A stretch of 64,000 nt of DNA from an uncultured Candidatus Saccharibacteria bacterium (GTDB lineage Bacteria; Patescibacteriota; Dojkabacteria; CAZCSM01): positions 2,347 through 66,346 of the forward strand of contig CAZCSM010000006.1 in assembly GCA_964501355.1 (NCBI GenBank), read 5' to 3'. The notes below the pieces were generated by a model that did not search any database, was not told the DNA's origin, and saw only the letters and a list, made by a program, of their open reading frames with translations. Below, piece after piece: positions 52,117 through 61,174 of this stretch (positions are counted from its first letter, which is position 1; each line of letters opens with the position of its first letter). Both the position numbers and the translations under genes were made by a program.

Positions 52117-53244
52117 ATGCCCGAAGATACAACACAAACAAGCGCAAGTGTTACTGCAGTACCTACTCAAGCATTGAAACCTTCAGGACCTTTGACTATG
52201 GCGAAGCTTTTGCAGCTCGTTGTTGATAGAGATGCTTCGGATCTTCATCTTACTGCCGGTTATCCTCCTATTCTTCGAATTGACGGAAAGCTTGTTTCTT
52301 ACGGAGTTAAACCTTTGGAAGCGGAAGATGTAAAAAAGCTTGTTTTGCAGACATTACCGGATGAACAAAAGGAACTACTTGAGGTGAACAAAGAAGTTGA
52401 TTTGTCATATGCTTTCGAAGAAAAAGCAAGATTTAGAATCAACGCCTATAACGAGAGAGGAAATGTTGCTGCTGCATATCGTTTGATTCCACAGGAGATA
52501 AGGTCTATGGAAACGTTGGGACTTCCGCAAATCTTTCATGAATTCACAAAACTTCCACAGGGTCTGGTTTTGCTTACAGGTCCTACCGGACATGGAAAAA
52601 GTACTACGCTTGCTGCTCTATTGAATGAAATTAATATGACCCAGGCAAGACATATTGTTACGATCGAAGACCCTATTGAATACCTTTACCCTGTTGGAAA
52701 ATCTCTTGTTGATCAAAGAGAGCTTCACAGAGATACTCATTCTTGGGAGATTGCTCTTCGAAGTGTTCTTCGTCAGGACCCTGATGTTGTTCTTCTCGGT
52801 GAGATGCGAGATTACGAAACAATTTCAGCGGCAATAACAGTTGCTGAAACGGGTCATTTGGTATTTGCGACTTTGCATACAAATAGTGCATCTCAATCAA
52901 TCGATAGAATAATCGATGTTTTTCCTGAACATCAACAGGCTCAGACACGAACACAGCTTGCAAATATTCTTGAAGGGGTTGTTTCTCAGCGACTTGTCCC
53001 CGTAATAGGTGGTGGTCGAAAAGCTGTTGTTGAAGTAATGCTTGCAACATCTGCCGTCAGGAATACAATTAGAGAAGGTAAAACATACCAAATTGATAAT
53101 ATTATTGCAACCAGTGGTGATGTGGGGATGATAAGTTTAGAGAAGTCACTTGTGAATCTTGTTCGCGAAGGAAAGCTAACGCTTGAAGAAGCTCAAGCCC
53201 ACTCTCTCAAACCAGAGGAGATTGTAAGATTGGTTCGGGGATAA
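52117..53244 (+). CDS. pilT: Twitching-motility retraction ATPase PilT
   Basis: Walker A LTGPTGHGKSTTLAAL plus the PilT-specific motifs GEMRD and AHSLKPEE. Confidence 0.85.
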   Translation: MPEDTTQTSASVTAVPTQALKPSGPLTMAKLLQLVVDRDASDLHLTAGYPPILRIDGKLVSYGVKPLEAEDVKKLVLQTLPDEQKELLEVNKEVDLSYAFEEKARFRINAYNERGNVAAAYRLIPQEIRSMETLGLPQIFHEFTKLPQGLVLLTGPTGHGKSTTLAALLNEINMTQARHIVTIEDPIEYLYPVGKSLVDQRELHRDTHSWEIALRSVLRQDPDVVLLGEMRDYETISAAITVAETGHLVFATLHTNSASQSIDRIIDVFPEHQQAQTRTQLANILEGVVSQRLVPVIGGGRKAVVEVMLATSAVRNTIREGKTYQIDNIIATSGDVGMISLEKSLVNLVREGKLTLEEAQAHSLKPEEIVRLVRG

Positions 53245-53264
53245 AGGAAAATTTAAAATTAAAA

Positions 53265-53633
53265 ATGAAAAATTTTAAAAAAGAGGAGAAAATTCAGTAT
53301 AGGGCTTATGCTTTTTCTCTTAATGTTATAAATCTTTTAAAGAGAAGTAAGAAACATGATTATATAAACGAGGTTCTTTTCAAGCAAATACTTCGTTCTG
53401 TAACTTCGATTGGAGCAAACATTATTGAGGGTCAAGCGGGAATTAGTCGTAAGGAGTTTCGAAATTATATGAGTATTGCACTCAAAAGTGCAAATGAAAC
53501 AAAATATTGGTTAGCACTAATACGAGATTTAAGGATATTTGTGAAAGATGATGTTGACTCGTTAATAGAAGAGTCAATAGAGATTGCAAATATATTAGGA
53601 GCGATTGTCTTCAAGTTAAGGAAAAATGACTAA
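53265..53633 (+). CDS. Four-helix-bundle protein (23S rRNA intervening-sequence protein family)
   Basis: 122 aa. SIGANIIEGQ...SANETKYWL matches the TIGR02436-type four-helix bundle. It is flanked by inverted A/T-rich repeats. Confidence 0.7.
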   Translation: MKNFKKEEKIQYRAYAFSLNVINLLKRSKKHDYINEVLFKQILRSVTSIGANIIEGQAGISRKEFRNYMSIALKSANETKYWLALIRDLRIFVKDDVDSLIEESIEIANILGAIVFKLRKND

Positions 53634-53680
53634 TGTGGAATGTTTTTGAATTTTTAACTTTTAATTTTTAATTTTCTTTT

Positions 53681-54895
53681 ATGCCGAAATTTTACTATAC
53701 AGCTAGAACTAAAACGGGAGAAGAACGAAAAGGAGATGTCGAGAGCAATTCAAAAGGTCAAGTTGCCGACTTGCTTCGCTCAAAAGGACTCGTTCCTATT
53801 GAAATTGATGAACAGAGAGGCTTCAACTTTGAGAAGCTTTCTGAAACGAATGTCGGCGGAGTGCCCATGAACGAGAAGGTTGTCTTTATGAGGCAGCTTG
53901 CGACCATGGTCGGTGCAGGATTACCACTTGTTCAAAGTATCGAAATTCTACAAGCTCAAGCTCAGAATAAGGCTTTTCAGGTTGCTCTAAAGAATATTGT
54001 AGATGCAATTCGTGGAGGTAGTAATCTTGCAGATTCAATGGATAAACAAACGGGAGTGTTTGATGAAATTACTGTTAATCTTGTCCGTGTTGGTGAGGAA
54101 ACAGGAAAGTTGGAGGAGATATTCAATCGTCTTGCGGATGATATGGAAGATCAGCGAACTTTTAGAAGCAAAGTTCAAAGTGCAATGGTCTACCCAATAA
54201 TCATAATTCTAGTTATGGTTGCGGTCGTTGGGATTCTTCTTGTCACAATGGTGCCTCAAATGACTGAAATGTATCAGGAATTTGATGCTGAACTTCCTCT
54301 TCCCACGAGGATGATGGTTTGGTTGAGTGATGTTTTAATTAATTATTGGTGGTTGGTAGGACTTCTTGTTGCTATTGTTGTAGGAAGTTTCGTTGCTTAT
54401 CGTAGATCTCCCGCCGGTCGAGAAATTACTGATAGTCTAATGTTAAAGATTCCGGTTTTTGGGAAATTGATGAGAGATGTTCAGGTCGCCGATTTCACAA
54501 GAACTTTTGAGTTGATGATGGCTAGCGGTATTGATATTACAAAGGCACTTGAAGTAACAGCTGCATCCCTCAGCAATATCATGTTTCGAAAAACAGTTGA
54601 GGCGACGATTAAGAAAGTAGAAAAAGGTGTTCCTCTCGCTGTGCCGATTTCTGAAGATCCCAACTTTCCTGTGATTGTCAGCCAGATGATTGCTGTCGGT
54701 GAAGAAACCGGGAAAGTCGATGTAATCCTGGGCAAATTAAATGAGTATTACACGGAAGAAGTTAACCATACAGTAAATAACTTGACAGCTTTATTGGAAC
54801 CAATTATCTTAGTAGTGATGGGTACTGTTGTAGGATTTATTGCTATAGCAATTTACCTTCCAATATTCCAAATTGGAGAAACAATGGGCGTTTAA
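53681..54895 (+). CDS. pilC: Type IV pilus platform protein PilC/GspF, locus 2
   Basis: Two T2SSF repeats and three TM helices. 404 aa. Confidence 0.85.
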   Translation: MPKFYYTARTKTGEERKGDVESNSKGQVADLLRSKGLVPIEIDEQRGFNFEKLSETNVGGVPMNEKVVFMRQLATMVGAGLPLVQSIEILQAQAQNKAFQVALKNIVDAIRGGSNLADSMDKQTGVFDEITVNLVRVGEETGKLEEIFNRLADDMEDQRTFRSKVQSAMVYPIIIILVMVAVVGILLVTMVPQMTEMYQEFDAELPLPTRMMVWLSDVLINYWWLVGLLVAIVVGSFVAYRRSPAGREITDSLMLKIPVFGKLMRDVQVADFTRTFELMMASGIDITKALEVTAASLSNIMFRKTVEATIKKVEKGVPLAVPISEDPNFPVIVSQMIAVGEETGKVDVILGKLNEYYTEEVNHTVNNLTALLEPIILVVMGTVVGFIAIAIYLPIFQIGETMGV

Positions 54896-54973
54896 TTTAT
54901 GTTATCCTGAATTTATTTCAGGATTTCATAAAGAAATATATGTTTACACTTTTTAATTAATAAAATTTCAAGA

Positions 54974-55390
54974 ATGGAGCAAAAACAAAAAGGTTTCACA
55001 ATCATTGAACTTCTCGTAGCTATGGCAATCTTGGGTCTGCTTATTGCTGTTATGATTCCTGGTATTGCCGTTGTTAGAAGAGGTGCTAGAAACACGGCAA
55101 GAAGAACTAGTTTGCAGGCTATCCAAGCCGCAATTGAAGATTATTATGGTACGGCTAGAAAATATCCGACCGTCACAAACAATGCTCCATCAGGGATTAC
55201 AATTAACTATACCGGTGCTGATGCGGAAGTTGATTCTCAGTTTACAGATACAGCTGCCACTGCTGCTTGTGGTAGTGCAATTAGTGATGTACAGTTTCGC
55301 TATAAATATGAATTAGTTACAGGTGGATACAAGCTAACTGCTTGTATGGAACCGGACGGTGAATCTTATATTCTGGATGGCACAAACTAG
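54974..55390 (+). CDS. Type IV pilin with C-terminal disulfide loop
   Basis: KGFTIIELLVAMAILGLLIAV prepilin signal. C-terminal Cys pair CGSAIS...KLTAC. Confidence 0.7.
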   Translation: MEQKQKGFTIIELLVAMAILGLLIAVMIPGIAVVRRGARNTARRTSLQAIQAAIEDYYGTARKYPTVTNNAPSGITINYTGADAEVDSQFTDTAATAACGSAISDVQFRYKYELVTGGYKLTACMEPDGESYILDGTN

Positions 55391-55416
55391 TTAATAAAGT
55401 TTTGTGGATTAGTTAT

Positions 55417-55446
55417 TAAAAGAGAACCTTCGGGTTCTCTTTTGTT
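55417..55446 (+). terminator. Rho-independent terminator after the pilin gene
   Basis: AAAAGAGAACC-ttcg-GGTTCTCTTTTGTT. Confidence 0.6.
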
Positions 55447-55474
55447 ATGGGATGGATACCGTGAATAATATTTT

Positions 55475-55552
55475 GTAGGGAACAGATATACCTGTTCCCT
55501 ACAGGATGTAGAATTATGGAATTCGTAGGGACAGGTCGCGACCTGTACCTAC
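55475..55552. repeat. Two adjacent REP-like palindromes with a GTAGGGA(A)CAGG core, copies 2 and 3
   Basis: GTAGGGAACAG-atatac-CTGTTCCCTAC at 55475-55502. GTAGGGACAGGTCG/CGACCTGTACCTAC, with one mismatch, at 55525-55552. Confidence 0.55.
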
Positions 55553-55591
55553 ATTGTGCTATGATGGTTTTATAAAATTAATTTTAATCAC

Positions 55592-56446
55592 ATGCTTTAT
55601 ATTCTTCTCCCTACTCTATTCATCTTCGGTCTTGCATTCGGTAGTTTTCTGAACGCTTTTGAATATCGATTATTTACGAAAAAAGACTGGGTGAAGGCAA
55701 GATCTCACTGTCCGAATTGCAAACATGAATTGTCTGCTCTGGATTTAGTTCCGGTTTTTTCCTGGTTATTTCTTGGTGGAAAGTGTAGATATTGCAGCAA
55801 GAAGATTTCTTGGCAGTATCCGGTTGTTGAGTTGGTTCTGGGAGTTTTGTTTGTAGTATATGGCTGGGTTGCTTTTGGTGGGATTTTGGGGGAACAGATA
55901 TATCAGTTCCCTACGATTGTCGATTTTACAAATTTGATTTTTGGGCTGATTGTTATTTGGTCTCTTGTTTTCTTTACAGTTTACGATTTGAAATATGGTT
56001 TGATTCCGGACAAGGTTTTGTTCCCATTGATTTGTCTGACACTTGTTAGAAATATTATTTTTTATGTATTGCGAATTCAAAATAGTCTTTCTCCATTTCT
56101 TGCTGATTTCAACTTCTGGAATCATATTCTGGCAGCGGTTTTGGCTGGCGGTTTCTTTTTCTTGGTTATCTATTTCACCAAAGGTCGTGGTATGGGTGGT
56201 GGTGATATGAAGCTTGTTTTTTGGTTTGGTTTGCTTTTGGGAGGCGCCCCTACTCTGGTTTCTCTTTATATTGGATTTATTGTTGGCGGAATTTATGGTG
56301 CAGTTGTTTTGTTAATTGGAAAAAAGAAATTTGGACAAACAGTTCCTTTTGGTCCATTTTTATGTTTGGGGGCAATTATTGTTCTTCTTGCACAGGATTA
56401 TCTTGTGGACTGGGCAAATCAGACTTTCTTTGGGGGAATCCTCTAA
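55592..56446 (+). CDS. pilD: Prepilin peptidase/N-methyltransferase (A24 family)
   Basis: N-terminal zinc ribbon CPNCKHEL...CRYCSKKI, polytopic body and a conserved Asp region (GGGDMKL). Confidence 0.85.
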   Translation: MLYILLPTLFIFGLAFGSFLNAFEYRLFTKKDWVKARSHCPNCKHELSALDLVPVFSWLFLGGKCRYCSKKISWQYPVVELVLGVLFVVYGWVAFGGILGEQIYQFPTIVDFTNLIFGLIVIWSLVFFTVYDLKYGLIPDKVLFPLICLTLVRNIIFYVLRIQNSLSPFLADFNFWNHILAAVLAGGFFFLVIYFTKGRGMGGGDMKLVFWFGLLLGGAPTLVSLYIGFIVGGIYGAVVLLIGKKKFGQTVPFGPFLCLGAIIVLLAQDYLVDWANQTFFGGIL

Positions 56447-56752
56447 TCGGTTATAGGTTTTAGTTTCTAGGTGTTAGTAGTGACAAATCAAGCTAATTTT
56501 TTGAACTAAACTCGTTTTTTGAATTTGAAGTTTTGACAAGTTTCTCTTGATAATTGGGAAACTTAGAGAAGTAATAATGAGAATGATTTTACGAAATATT
56601 CTTCTTCCATGGCAAACCTGACGATTGCAACAGAAATAGAACTTATTGTTTCTGAAACCTATAAACTAGAACCTAAAACCTATTCCCTGTTTTCATTGCT
56701 TTCTCCCCCTACTCTTTGCTATTCTGGTATGTAGAAATTTATCAAAAATTTA

Positions 56753-57295
56753 ATGTCTAATAAGTACTGCTCGAGAAACGGTTTTACAATAATTGAGCTG
56801 ATGATTGTGATGGCTATCATCGGTGTTCTTATGCCACTTGGTATCAATGCCTTTGTGAGTACGCGCCGATCAAGGGAAGTCGCAGAAGCTGCTGCAAACG
56901 CTCGCGATGTAATTAAAAGTGCTCGTGCAATGGCGCTTTCTGTCTCTTCGCCAATAACCGAGACTGATTGGCCCGTTGCGTATGAAGTGGTTTTCTCAAG
57001 TGGTAATAATACCGTGACAACAAATACTAGAGCCGTATCTGGTGATGAGCAATATTCGGACTGGGTTGCGGCTCCGGGATACTCAACGACGCAAGTCTCT
57101 TCATTGAATTTTGCGCCAGCATCTGTTTCAACACCTTCTTGTGATCGTGTTGTGTTTTCAAGCGTAAATGGGGAGATGTTCATCTATGATTCAATCTATG
57201 GAGTAAAGAGTAGTTGTACGATAACATTCACTTCGGGTAATAAAACTAGAACATTAGTCCTAAATTCTGCGCTTAAGCAGTTTGATATAGAATAG
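56753..57295 (+). CDS. Minor pilin (prepilin-type)
   Basis: NGFTIIELMIVMAIIGVL prepilin signal. Confidence 0.65.
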   Translation: MSNKYCSRNGFTIIELMIVMAIIGVLMPLGINAFVSTRRSREVAEAAANARDVIKSARAMALSVSSPITETDWPVAYEVVFSSGNNTVTTNTRAVSGDEQYSDWVAAPGYSTTQVSSLNFAPASVSTPSCDRVVFSSVNGEMFIYDSIYGVKSSCTITFTSGNKTRTLVLNSALKQFDIE

Positions 57296-57298
57296 AAA

Positions 57299-57715
57299 AT
57301 GAATTTTCTTAAAAAGCAAATTAAAGATCAAAAAGGCGCAAGCATTATCGAAACGCTTGTGGCATTAGCATTCATTGCGATTGTTTCATCATCATTTATC
57401 AATCTTGCAATTGTTGCAAGAAAGATTTCATTTCGGAATCGAGTGCAAAATGATCTTGGAAGATATGCGGGGATGATAGCAGAGGAAGTTGTGAAGGATT
57501 ATACATTAGAAGGGAATTCTATTATTAGTAGTAATCGATATTGTATAACTAATGTTAATAGTGAGGTTGGGGCTTTGGTTGAAGGTTTCCTTGAAACCTT
57601 TGATTCGTATACTTGCACTTTCCCTACAATAGCAGAAGGGAATTATCAAATTAAATTAACGGTAGATGTCTTTGGCAAAACGTTAGAAGCAAAAAGATTT
57701 GTGATATTAAAATGA
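57299..57715 (+). CDS. Minor pilin-like protein
   Basis: KGASIIETLVALAFIAIV N-terminus. Confidence 0.55.
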   Translation: MNFLKKQIKDQKGASIIETLVALAFIAIVSSSFINLAIVARKISFRNRVQNDLGRYAGMIAEEVVKDYTLEGNSIISSNRYCITNVNSEVGALVEGFLETFDSYTCTFPTIAEGNYQIKLTVDVFGKTLEAKRFVILK

Positions 57716-58263
57716 AGAAATTTCTTAAAAAACCGAATACTCAAGAATCCGGCTTTACGTTAATAGAATTGATGATCTCCATGGGGCTTCTTACTTTCGT
57801 CATGGGGATTTCTATGAATATTCTTTCCATTGTCCTGGAACTTACCAATGATGCTGATTATTCAGCTGTTATTACGCAGGAATCAAATTACGCATCGGAA
57901 AGAGTGAAGAGAATGGTCCGAAGTGCGGAAAAGTTTACAGTATCAGATAATGGGACACCCGAAATTGGAGATGATTCTCTGGAAATTGTTTTGGATGGTC
58001 GAACACATCAGTTGACTCTGCAACTCGTACCGGGTTTTACAGATAGGTTTACTTTGAAAGAGCAGATAAGTGGAAATCCCTCTTCCTCTATTCTTTCTTC
58101 TGAGGTATATATTAAACAATTTGGTTCAGAGCCTGTTTTTACAGATGTAAATGGAATTGGGGTTAGGATGGCCTTTGAGATATACCATGAGAGGGATGAT
58201 AATTCTAGTGCTGGTGCGTTTGTTTATACTCAGGCAATTGGTAGAAACGAGATTTTGAATTAA
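57712..58263 (+). CDS. Minor pilin (PulJ/PilW-like)
   Basis: SGFTLIELMISMGLLTFV prepilin signal. Confidence 0.65.
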   Translation: MKKFLKKPNTQESGFTLIELMISMGLLTFVMGISMNILSIVLELTNDADYSAVITQESNYASERVKRMVRSAEKFTVSDNGTPEIGDDSLEIVLDGRTHQLTLQLVPGFTDRFTLKEQISGNPSSSILSSEVYIKQFGSEPVFTDVNGIGVRMAFEIYHERDDNSSAGAFVYTQAIGRNEILN

Positions 58264-58307
58264 CAGAAAAGATTTTGATATAAGTCAGTTTTGTGTAATA
58301 CTGGTTT

Positions 58308-58342
58308 AAAAGATAAAAGATAAAAGATAAAAGATAAAAGAT
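58308..58342 (+). repeat. Heptanucleotide tandem repeat (AAAAGAT)x5 running into the ATG of the downstream gene
   Basis: Five perfect units read directly, ending ...AAAAG-ATG at 58341. Confidence 0.8.
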
Positions 58343-59096
58343 GAAAATCTGTGGTTATAGCAAAAATGAAAAAGGTCAGGTTTTATTGATGGTTATTATT
58401 ACCAGCACTATTGCTCTGCTTATAGTCACAGGTGTTTTTATGAGAGTTATGAAGTTAACACGTCAGGGTGTTGAGATGGAAACACACGATGCTGCATTTA
58501 GTGCTGCAGAAAAATACGCTAGACAGATCTTAGATCAACTAGAGTTAGGAAATACTGTGTCAGATACAACTTTGCAACAATGGGTTACTAATTACGATGA
58601 TTTAATTGCTGCAAGCAGAAATGAAATCAATAATATAAATGGATATTCTTTGGAAGATGGTAGTTCTTTTGAGATGGTTGGGGAAATGACCGGTTCTACA
58701 ACCTTCAAAATAGGTTCAGGATCTTGGGGAGATGTACGTATTCTTTTCACCTCCGTTGTTTATTCAGGGGGGCAATATTCAGTTCAAAAAAGAATATTTA
58801 AAACATGTAGTAATACTGATGGTGATTTGACAGCAGTTACATGTGCTTCTGCTTTGGATGTAGATACTTTTACTTATACACATCAGCCAGGCGAGGTTAC
58901 AGTACGAATGAAGCCAATCGGCGGAAAGGTCTCTTTAAATATAAATTCTTCTGCTAATCTATTTAATGAGTTTTCGTTTACAACTCGTGAAGAAGGCACT
59001 TTGTCCGAAGCCACATTATCAGTTCCTGTCTCAAAATCAATGCCTTCCCTATTCGATCATGTTTTGTATAATGGAAAAAGTCAAATTAATAAATGA
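58341..59096 (+). CDS. PilX-like pilus-associated protein. Paralog of the 27399-28715 gene.
   Basis: N-terminal EKGQVLLMVIITSTIALLIV shares the EKGQV-plus-hydrophobic anchor with the locus-1 PilX-like protein. Confidence 0.4.
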   Translation: MKICGYSKNEKGQVLLMVIITSTIALLIVTGVFMRVMKLTRQGVEMETHDAAFSAAEKYARQILDQLELGNTVSDTTLQQWVTNYDDLIAASRNEINNINGYSLEDGSSFEMVGEMTGSTTFKIGSGSWGDVRILFTSVVYSGGQYSVQKRIFKTCSNTDGDLTAVTCASALDVDTFTYTHQPGEVTVRMKPIGGKVSLNINSSANLFNEFSFTTREEGTLSEATLSVPVSKSMPSLFDHVLYNGKSQINK

Positions 59097-61081
59097 ATGT
59101 GTTTTTAGGAAAATCTATGGGAAAAATTTTGTTTAAAACTTTACTGATTGCTATTTCACTGATTATATTTGGGGGAATCTATTTCTTTTCCGGAAAGCCC
59201 ATTTTTGCAGCATGTGGAGATACTTGTTGTGTCTATTATTGGAAAGATGGTGCTGGAAACGATGTGTGCGGGGATTGGGATACTATTAGATGCGATGGGT
59301 GTTCTCAGAATCCTCCAGTATGTTGCGGACATTGTGGACCTTGTGCGCCAGCACCTTCTGCCGTTTGTGGAAATGGAAGTAAAGAAGGTTCTGAGCAGTG
59401 CGATGATGGTAATACAACAAGTGGGGACGGGTGTAGTAGCTCATGTATAACTGAGTTTTGCGGTGATGGGACGACACAGAACTGGCCTGGGCATACGGAA
59501 GAGTGTGACGATCATAATACAACAAGTGGGGACGGGTGTAGTAGTTTATGTATAACTGAGTTTTGCGGTGATGGTATCATACAGAATTGGCCGGGACATA
59601 CCGAGCAGTGTGATGATTGGGGTACTGCGCCTAATGATGGTTGTAGCGCAACTTGTCAAAAAGAGGTTTGGCCAATAGCAAAAATAGAGGCAATGGATAT
59701 CAACAATAATTTAATAGAGCATAACGCTCCTGGAGGTATACCTGATCTTAATCAGTATAAGGAGCTTAATCGTAGTACAAGTGATGATTATTTGAGACTT
59801 TCTACTGAGGGTCAAATTCCATTTGGATATAACATAGATCGAATAGAAATGTATTTTCGTAAAAGATATAACTTTGATGGAGCAGTTCCTTCATTAGCGG
59901 AGGCTCAGGCTGAATGTACCAACGGCTGGAGTACACCTCCTTCAAATCCCAGCTCCGCTTGGTGTGTTTATCAGACACCTCTATCATGTACATCTGGAAC
60001 ATGTTCTTCTTCAAGTGATTTTGCAACCTGGGACCCAGGCAATTACTCTTCAGGTTATTATGAATTCGTTATCAATGCTTTTGCGGATGGTGGTAATTGT
60101 ACGGGAAACCGAGATCATGATGGATATAATGCTGCGTTAGGTGTTCAAACCATAGCTCCTTGGTATGATTGTGATCCATATACGACGGAGGATGAAAGTA
60201 ACACGGTTTTCCCCAATCCTTGGTCCGGGGTAAATGAAGAAAGTGACTCTTTACAGATTGCATTGCTAGATAGCTGCGGAAATGGTATTAAAGAGGAATC
60301 TGAAGAATGTGACGATGCAAATGCTAGCAATTTTGATTCTTGTCGAGATAATTGTCTCTGGAACGTTTGTGGTGATGAGTATCCAAATACTGATGGAGAT
60401 CTTACAGATGCAACACAGACCCCACCGGCAAATAGCTATGTTGAAGAATGTGATCAAGGTGGTAATAATGGAACGGGACATGGTTGTGCACTTGATTGTT
60501 CTTTCGAAAATGGTGCTTGGTTTAGAACCTGGGATGGCGATATTTACTCAAGTGAGGGTGTCACTCAACGTGTCTCTGCAGACGTCCCCCTAGATCCTGT
60601 ATTCTCAACATATATGTGTTATGACAGTTATGGTATTTTCACAGTTGGGTTAGGATGTTTCAATACAAATATACTTGATGACGAGCCTAATTCGCCTTTT
60701 TATGTTGACTTGGATTTGAGTACAAGCGAGATTTCTCCTGTGGAAATAAAGACAAACGAAGAGTTTGTGAAAATACAAGCAAAATTATCTGGATTTACAA
60801 ATGAACAGAATTTTAGCAATAATGGAGTTGAAGTTACATTTTATAATGTTGCGGGAGGAGTCCGTACTATGCCGGAAAGAATAGAAGATAATAGAATCGT
60901 TTACTTGTCTGATAATCTAGAAATTGGGGAGAATATTGAATATAGTGAATCTTGCGCTGATGAGAAATCGTGTTCTTTATTAATTGTTGTAGATGGTAGT
61001 GTTACAATTACAAAAGATGTTGAGCATATAGACGCCTTCATTATTGCAAGTGGTAGAATTATAGTTGAGAGTGGGTATTAA
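59093..61081 (+). CDS. Secreted/membrane-anchored protein with Myxococcus-type cysteine-rich repeats
   Basis: Signal anchor, then tandem CG(N/D)G...E(Q/E)CDDGNTTSGDGCSS.C repeats (the TIGR02232-type pattern) and a large Cys-rich beta domain. Confidence 0.6.
   Translation: MNVFLGKSMGKILFKTLLIAISLIIFGGIYFFSGKPIFAACGDTCCVYYWKDGAGNDVCGDWDTIRCDGCSQNPPVCCGHCGPCAPAPSAVCGNGSKEGSEQCDDGNTTSGDGCSSSCITEFCGDGTTQNWPGHTEECDDHNTTSGDGCSSLCITEFCGDGIIQNWPGHTEQCDDWGTAPNDGCSATCQKEVWPIAKIEAMDINNNLIEHNAPGGIPDLNQYKELNRSTSDDYLRLSTEGQIPFGYNIDRIEMYFRKRYNFDGAVPSLAEAQAECTNGWSTPPSNPSSAWCVYQTPLSCTSGTCSSSSDFATWDPGNYSSGYYEFVINAFADGGNCTGNRDHDGYNAALGVQTIAPWYDCDPYTTEDESNTVFPNPWSGVNEESDSLQIALLDSCGNGIKEESEECDDANASNFDSCRDNCLWNVCGDEYPNTDGDLTDATQTPPANSYVEECDQGGNNGTGHGCALDCSFENGAWFRTWDGDIYSSEGVTQRVSADVPLDPVFSTYMCYDSYGIFTVGLGCFNTNILDDEPNSPFYVDLDLSTSEISPVEIKTNEEFVKIQAKLSGFTNEQNFSNNGVEVTFYNVAGGVRTMPERIEDNRIVYLSDNLEIGENIEYSESCADEKSCSLLIVVDGSVTITKDVEHIDAFIIASGRIIVESGY
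59402..59650 (+). repeat. 108-bp tandem DNA repeat, about 2.3 copies, encoding the 36-aa Cys-rich repeat
   Basis: gatggtaatacaacaagtggggacgggtgtagtag...gagtgtgac repeats at 59510 with roughly 90% identity. Confidence 0.7.
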
Positions 61082-61174
61082 GTTGAAATGAATATGTTGG
61101 TTTTGGAGTAAAACCATTTACGTCTTCGGTATGGGAGAAGAAGTGATAATGAAATCTTTTTAGAAAATTCTGAT

